Positions 35,695 to 41,078 of a stretch of DNA of 41,078 nt are shown here, one piece after another. The DNA comes from Oligoflexales bacterium (GTDB lineage Bacteria; Bdellovibrionota_B; Oligoflexia; Oligoflexales; Bog-1112). The translations under genes and the position numbers were made by a program. Below the pieces are notes generated by a model. That model made no database searches. It was not told the origin of the DNA and saw nothing but the letters and a program-made list of their open reading frames with translations. Position 1 is the first letter of the stretch. Every line of letters begins with the position of its first letter. Location: contig JBGCEP010000079.1 in NCBI GenBank assembly GCA_045106415.1, positions 1 through 41,078 on the forward strand, read 5' to 3'.

Positions 35695-37485
35695 ATGGAG
35701 ACACTTCGTATTGGCAACGCTGGTGGTTTTTGGGGTGACGACCCTGATGCACTTAGAAGACAAGTCGAACAGGGTCAACTCGATTACATTACAATGGACT
35801 TTCTCGCTGAAGTCACCATGTCTATTATGCAAAAACAAAGATCAAGGGATCCTTCTTTAGGTTATGCAAAAGACTTCATCCCAATGATTGAAAATGTTCT
35901 CCCTACTCTTCTGAGAAAAAAAACAAGAATCATTACAAACGCCGGTGGAATTAACCCAACAGCATGCGCTCAAGCTGTGTCAGATGTCGCCAAAAGACTG
36001 GGGCTTACACCTAAGATAGCTATTGTGTCAGGCGATGACATTCTCACGCACTTACCTCAACTGCAAAAAAAAGGCGCATCATTCACCAATATGGAAACAG
36101 GCCAAGAACTTTCTGAAGTGTCCAAGCCTTTTGACGCAGCAAACATTTATTTCGGTGCTCGTTCAGTCGCAGAGTGCCTCACTTGGAACCCTGACATTGT
36201 CATCACAGGCCGAGTTACAGATACAGGGATCACACTTGCCCCCATGATTCATCATTTCAACTGGTCATGGACGGATTGGAACAAACTCGCTTCTGGAATT
36301 GTCGCAGGACATATTCTAGAGTGTGGATCTCAATCCACTGGAGGCAACTTCACAGACTGGGAACAGGTCGAGAGCTTTTCAGATATAGGCTTTCCGATCG
36401 CTGAAGTTTCACAAGACGGCACTTTTGTCATTACAAAGCATAAAAACACTGGGGGACAAGTCACAATAGACACTGTCCGTGAACAGATCGTATACGAAAT
36501 GGGACAACCTCACGCATATATCACACCTGATGTTGTTGTTGATTTCTCAAGTATTCGCCTACAAGAAGACGGGCTTAATAGAGTTCGAGTGACGAGCGTT
36601 CAAGGTCAAGAACCCACCCCATTTTACAAAGTATCCATGGCATATCAAGATGGATTTAAAACCACAGGATCTCTTGCTATCTGCGGACCTCATGCGCGGA
36701 AAAAAGCTGATGCTTTTGCTAAAATATTTTGGAAGAAAGCAAAAAATTTGGGCGAGTTTCAAGATGAACTTACTGAATTTTATGGACACAATGCTTGTCA
36801 CCGCTCTTTAGGTCACGCAAAAGATGGTGAAGAAATCATTCTGCGTCTCAGCGCCCGTTCTCCGTCAAAAGAAGTTTTGCATAAGTTTGGAAAACTCATC
36901 CCGTCACTCCTTTTAGCTGGCCCTCCTGGTGTTTGCGTACTTGGTGGAGTTCCTCGCCCACAAGAAGTGGTTCACTACTGGCCTGCCCTTCTTCCTAAAG
37001 AGTGGGTTCACCCTGTCATTTCTTTATGGGAACATCAACTTGAGGAAACACGCACAATTACGGCTCACTCCTTAGGGCATCAAACCCCTCATGATAAAAA
37101 CGCTCAAAAAGCAGATAAACCTCAAAAAGCAATTCATCAAAACGGTTCTCCTTTATCTAGCATTTGCCTTGCACGATCAGGAGACAAAGGCGACATGGCT
37201 AATATTGGAGTCCTTGCTCGTTCACCTGAAGCTTATGAATACCTAAAAAAAGAGCTCACCGCACAAAAAGTTCTCGACTGGTTTCAAGATCTTTGCAAAG
37301 GATCTGTAACACGCTTTGAACTTGATAACATTGATGGGTTTAATTTTTTATTAGACTCTTCTCTTGGTGGAGGCGGAAGCTGCTCGCTTCGTGTCGATCC
37401 ACAAGGAAAAATGTTTGCACAAGCCTTGTTACGACAACACTTATCAATTCCTCAAGAGGTCCTTGATGCATGTTCAAAAAAGTAA
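35695..37485 (+). CDS. Acyclic terpene utilization AtuA-family (DUF1446) protein
   Basis: IGNAGGFWGD, DFLAEVT, AGHILECG, GFPIAE, ARSGDKGD, DPQGK. ATG 35695 follows GAGGAGG. Confidence 0.9.
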   Translation: METLRIGNAGGFWGDDPDALRRQVEQGQLDYITMDFLAEVTMSIMQKQRSRDPSLGYAKDFIPMIENVLPTLLRKKTRIITNAGGINPTACAQAVSDVAKRLGLTPKIAIVSGDDILTHLPQLQKKGASFTNMETGQELSEVSKPFDAANIYFGARSVAECLTWNPDIVITGRVTDTGITLAPMIHHFNWSWTDWNKLASGIVAGHILECGSQSTGGNFTDWEQVESFSDIGFPIAEVSQDGTFVITKHKNTGGQVTIDTVREQIVYEMGQPHAYITPDVVVDFSSIRLQEDGLNRVRVTSVQGQEPTPFYKVSMAYQDGFKTTGSLAICGPHARKKADAFAKIFWKKAKNLGEFQDELTEFYGHNACHRSLGHAKDGEEIILRLSARSPSKEVLHKFGKLIPSLLLAGPPGVCVLGGVPRPQEVVHYWPALLPKEWVHPVISLWEHQLEETRTITAHSLGHQTPHDKNAQKADKPQKAIHQNGSPLSSICLARSGDKGDMANIGVLARSPEAYEYLKKELTAQKVLDWFQDLCKGSVTRFELDNIDGFNFLLDSSLGGGGSCSLRVDPQGKMFAQALLRQHLSIPQEVLDACSKK

Positions 37486-38293
37486 CATTTCAGTAGGTCC
37501 TTACAACATCGCAACACTTGTCTTAAATAGACCGGAAAAAGCGAACGCTTTTAGCGGTGAACTCATAGCAGAAATGCAAAGTCATTTAGATGATCTCGCT
37601 AAAGACTCTTCGTGCCGCGCAGCTATTCTCACCGCGAGAGGAAAACATTTCTCTGCTGGGGCTGACCTTGAATGGATGAAGCAAAGTGCTCAGATGACAC
37701 TAGCAGAAAACGTTGAAGACGCACAAAAACTACTCTATATGTTACAAAGCCTGAGTCAGCTCCCTTTTCCCACGATTGCACTTACTCACGGCGCTGCTTA
37801 TGGCGGCGCTATTGGTTTGCTTGCAGCGTGTGATGTTGTGATCGCTGAGGATCATTCAAGATTTTGCTTAAGTGAATTACGCCTTGGTCTTCTTCCCGCT
37901 ATGATTTACCCATTTCTCTTAAGAAAAATGCGCCGCCAACCTCTTCGTCGTCTCAGCTTATCGGCAAAAGTGTTTCATGCTTCTGAAGCCTTAAGTGTCG
38001 ACCTTATTGATGAAGTTGTCACCCCAGACCAAAGACAACATACAATACAAACATACCTCGATCATTTTTTAGCCTGCGCTCCTCAAGCTACAAAAGATTT
38101 AAAGGATCTTGATGAGTTTTTCACCAAACACGCAAAACAGACAACAAACTTCATCGCTCAAGCAAGAACTCGTCCAGAAGGACAACATGGTTTACAGTCT
38201 TTTTTTAATAAAGAAAAAGCACAATGGGCATATACACTTCCTCACGAGGATAGTCCACTCACTGCTTTTTTCTCAAACACTTTTGATCAATGA
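37466..38293 (+). CDS. liuC: Enoyl-CoA hydratase, probable methylglutaconyl-CoA hydratase
   Basis: LNRPEKANAF, HFSAGADLEWM, AYGGAIGL, LSELRLGL; located between the carboxylase subunits. Confidence 0.85.
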   Translation: MHVQKSNISVGPYNIATLVLNRPEKANAFSGELIAEMQSHLDDLAKDSSCRAAILTARGKHFSAGADLEWMKQSAQMTLAENVEDAQKLLYMLQSLSQLPFPTIALTHGAAYGGAIGLLAACDVVIAEDHSRFCLSELRLGLLPAMIYPFLLRKMRRQPLRRLSLSAKVFHASEALSVDLIDEVVTPDQRQHTIQTYLDHFLACAPQATKDLKDLDEFFTKHAKQTTNFIAQARTRPEGQHGLQSFFNKEKAQWAYTLPHEDSPLTAFFSNTFDQ

Positions 38294-38316
38294 TCTCGTT
38301 CTAGAAAGGATATGCT

Positions 38317-40233
38317 TTGAAACGTTTGTTTATTGCAAATCGCGGTGAAATTTGTCGGCGCATCGCTATCACAGCGAAAACCCTAGGCATCGAAACTGTA
38401 ACGTTCAGCTCTCCTAAGCCACCACGATTTTTAGATGAAGTGATTGATAAATTTGTTATAAAAGAAGATCTTTCACCTGCTCATTATCTCGACCTAGATA
38501 CTCTCATCTCAGATGCGAAAAACCATGACTGTGACGCTATCCATCCGGGCTATGGCTTTGCTTCAGAACAAGCTGAGTTTGTCGAAAAAACACAAAAAGC
38601 TGGCCTTACTTGGGTTGGACCCAACGCGAATGCGATCCGTGTGATGGCCGACAAAGCCACAGCTCGTACGAAAGCTATAGATGCAGGCGTCCCATGCTCA
38701 GTGGGCGTTGAACTTAAAGAGCTTGATCACAATAAAATAACAGAAGCTGCAGAAAAAATTGGCTTCCCCATGCTCATTAAAGCTGCATTTGGTGGCGGCG
38801 GTCGTGGTATGCGGCGCGTAGAAAACACAGAGCAACTTCACGAGCAGCTTCCAAAAGCAGCTCGTGAGGCAAAACAATCTTTTGGTAACGATACTTTAAT
38901 CCTTGAAGCTTACCTCACAGAAGCCCGTCATATTGAAGTTCAAATACTTGGCGACACTCACGGCCATGTTCTTGTTATTGGTGATCGTGATTGCTCGATG
39001 CAACGTCGCCATCAAAAAGTCATAGAAGAAGCTCCAGCTCCAGGACTCCCTGATGAAATTCGCAAACTTCTTCATGACAGCAGTCTACAATTAGCTAAAG
39101 CTGTTCATTATGAAAGCGCGGGTACTATTGAATTTTTAGTATCCCTCACGCCTAAGCCTCGCTGCTTTTTCTTAGAAATGAACACACGCCTTCAAGTTGA
39201 GCACCCAGTTTCGGAGGAGGTCTACGGACTTGACCTTGTCAAATGGCAACTCAAAATTGCACAAGGTGCTTCTCTACCACTCACTCCTCCACAACCGAGA
39301 GGGCACGCTATCGAGGTTCGCATTTATGCTGAAGATGATGAGTTTCGTCCCACACCAGGCCCTATTCATAGTTTTCAGCCCTACCTTGCCCCAGGAGTTC
39401 GTTGGGATATTGGTATTGAGCCCGGACAAGTCATCAATAGCCTTTTCGACCCCATGATAGCGAAAGTGATCAGTTACAATGAAGATCGCAGCTCTTGTAT
39501 TCATCGACTTGAGGATGCTCTTAAAAACACTTTCTTAGCTGGCACGAAGCATAATATTTCTATGCTTCAAACCTTACTTGCTCATCAGACATTTCAAGAC
39601 CTCAATTTCTCGACTCAGTTTATTCAAAATGAACACGAAGACCTTAAAAACAAAATTTCAAACGAGCACCAAAAATTTGAAAATACATCAAAAAACGTTT
39701 TCGAAAAAATCCATCATCATGGGCCAAAGCCATTATTACCAGTCCAAAGCGCGAGCGATGTTTTTCAATCCATATTTCACCCTGAAAAACAGCTCTCAAC
39801 ACTTCACAATAGAAGACTCTTCAAAACCAGCGATGAATCCTGGGAAGAAACAGGACGTTTTTATTCACCAGAGAACAAACAATCTTTTTATTATAGAGCA
39901 GCCCATTATATGACTGACAATGGCCTTGAAGTCACCGTTCATATGCAAGGGCAGCATTATATTTTCCGCGATGAATCATCAACACACCAACAAGAAACCT
40001 CTGACTTTGATGGAACTATCCGAGCTCCTGTTCCAGGCCTCGTCACGTCTGTAAAAGCAATAGCAGGAGATCAAATCACTGAAGGTGACCAAATATTAAG
40101 TTTAGAATCCATGAAAATCGAATGTGAAGTCCGCGCTCCAAAAAGCGGGACGATTACACACATTGCCGTAAAAGAAGGTGACCAACTCAAACCTGATCAA
40201 ATTCTTGTGACTATGGATATTGAAGAAGATTAG
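38317..40233 (+). CDS. liuD: Acyl-CoA carboxylase alpha subunit (biotin carboxylase plus biotinyl domain), probable methylcrotonyl-CoA carboxylase
   Basis: IANRGE, HPGYGF, GGGGRGM, RDCSMQRRHQK, EMNTRLQVEH, biotinylation site ESMKI. Confidence 0.9.
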   Translation: MKRLFIANRGEICRRIAITAKTLGIETVTFSSPKPPRFLDEVIDKFVIKEDLSPAHYLDLDTLISDAKNHDCDAIHPGYGFASEQAEFVEKTQKAGLTWVGPNANAIRVMADKATARTKAIDAGVPCSVGVELKELDHNKITEAAEKIGFPMLIKAAFGGGGRGMRRVENTEQLHEQLPKAAREAKQSFGNDTLILEAYLTEARHIEVQILGDTHGHVLVIGDRDCSMQRRHQKVIEEAPAPGLPDEIRKLLHDSSLQLAKAVHYESAGTIEFLVSLTPKPRCFFLEMNTRLQVEHPVSEEVYGLDLVKWQLKIAQGASLPLTPPQPRGHAIEVRIYAEDDEFRPTPGPIHSFQPYLAPGVRWDIGIEPGQVINSLFDPMIAKVISYNEDRSSCIHRLEDALKNTFLAGTKHNISMLQTLLAHQTFQDLNFSTQFIQNEHEDLKNKISNEHQKFENTSKNVFEKIHHHGPKPLLPVQSASDVFQSIFHPEKQLSTLHNRRLFKTSDESWEETGRFYSPENKQSFYYRAAHYMTDNGLEVTVHMQGQHYIFRDESSTHQQETSDFDGTIRAPVPGLVTSVKAIAGDQITEGDQILSLESMKIECEVRAPKSGTITHIAVKEGDQLKPDQILVTMDIEED

Positions 40234-41078
40234 GAAGCTTCAGGTAAACAGATCGAAAGGCCATCCACTTCAACACTCACTTCCCCTTGAGGGTCTAGAC
40301 ACACCGACACGAGGCAGTTATCTATCGTAAACTCTCTAATCTCATTCAACACATGAGATTGGAGTTTCACCTTTATTCCGGAGTGAAAACTCATCACAAC
40401 CCCACCGTCTGCATCGACTTGTAGTCCAGAAAAACCTCTCTGCGACTCTGCTTCTTTCTTGCTAGCGATCAGACGTAGAGCTTTCTCTCTTTGCTCTTGA
40501 TGAGTATCAATTTCATCGTCAACAACTTGTGCTTGAGCTGTTGCTTCAATGTCAGCATTTAGTTTATCTTCAAGGGCAGCTTCATCTAAACCCTGACTCT
40601 GATCTTGGCCCACCTCTGGCATACTTGTTTCAACCATGGGAACTTGCTCTTCACCCGCTATCACAGATTCTTCACAAAAATCATCATCACATCCAACATC
40701 ATCTGCCGTGGAGGTTTCCGCTAGATCAGCAGCTAATTCTTGGTCCTCTTCTGACAGGTCTTGATTGCCCTCAGCTGAAACTTCTTCTTCTAAATCCTCT
40801 GATATTTCTCCATCACCTGCAGCTGAGACTTCTTCTTCACCAAAGTCTTCATCTAAATCCTCTGATATTTCTCCACCACCTGCAGCTGAGACTTCTTCTT
40901 CACCAAAGTCTTCATCTAAATCGTCTGATATCTCGCCATCACCTGCAGCTGAGACTTCTTCTTCACCAAAGTCTTCACCTAAGTCGTCAGATATCTCGCC
41001 ACCACCTGCAGCTGAGACTTCTTCTTCACCAAAGTCTTCATCTAAATCGTCGGGTATCTCGCCATCACCTGCAGCTGA
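40230..41078 (-). CDS. Highly acidic repeat protein, 5' end outside the window
   Basis: Frame is open from the window edge (283 codons) to TAA 40230-40232. D/E-rich repeats are followed by a small beta-rich C-terminal domain. Confidence 0.85.
   Translation of the reverse strand, partial: SAAGDGEIPDDLDEDFGEEEVSAAGGGEISDDLGEDFGEEEVSAAGDGEISDDLDEDFGEEEVSAAGGGEISEDLDEDFGEEEVSAAGDGEISEDLEEEVSAEGNQDLSEEDQELAADLAETSTADDVGCDDDFCEESVIAGEEQVPMVETSMPEVGQDQSQGLDEAALEDKLNADIEATAQAQVVDDEIDTHQEQREKALRLIASKKEAESQRGFSGLQVDADGGVVMSFHSGIKVKLQSHVLNEIREFTIDNCLVSVCLDPQGEVSVEVDGLSICLPEAS
40773..41078 (-). repeat. 63-bp coding tandem repeat (SAAG[D/G]GEISDDLDEDFGEEEV)
   Basis: CCTGCAGCTGA recurs at 40816, 40879, 40942, 41005 and 41068 (period 63), and the array runs off the window end. 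Confidence 0.95.

Noticed and set aside
1191..39913. Numerous 60-111 aa alternative-frame and antisense ORFs in the track
   Set aside because: Nearly all are shadows of well-supported genes or the IS, with no motifs or RBS support.
40773..41078. 63-bp periodic repeat as a CRISPR array
   Set aside because: Whole units repeat with no unique spacers, the period is a multiple of 3 within an open frame, and there are no cas genes.
1..41078. tRNA, rRNA, prophage or recognisable anti-phage defence genes
   Set aside because: None recognised by eye. tRNAscan, Infernal and DefenseFinder runs would be needed to exclude them formally.

Overview
A 41-kb, moderately A/T-rich bacterial chromosomal window. 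The gene set (long-form PhhA, CFI-box-CTERM protein, many ORFan lipoproteins, soluble Hanks kinase) suggests a Bdellovibrionota/Oligoflexia- or deltaproteobacteria-like organism; that assignment is inference only. Core loci are tolQRAB (no pal), gmk-rel/spoT (no rpoZ), rpsP-rimM-trmD (no rplS), an agmatinase-family gene, a DEDDh exonuclease and a liuB-atuA-liuC-liuD acyl-CoA carboxylase cluster. Mobile DNA is all decayed: an IS66 tnpA/tnpB fragment, a single-ORF IS66 element with both terminal repeats but a broken transposase, an IS3-like left end and a MerR/IS607-like HTH scar. No rRNA, tRNA or CRISPR was seen. The best candidates for undescribed systems are three. (1) A sigma54 promoter with two phased TGTC-N9-GACA palindromes drives a sensor-less AraC regulator, divergent from a phhA-membrane protein-lipoprotein operon. 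(2) A YbjN-like / atypical Ser/Thr kinase (HSDLSASN loop) / degenerate cNMP-binding protein / aldose epimerase operon. (3) A GT-C+TPR (TMTC-like) glycosyltransferase lies near Ser/Thr-rich surface proteins. The window ends inside an acidic protein with 63-bp tandem repeats. All calls come from reading motifs by eye; no searches were run.
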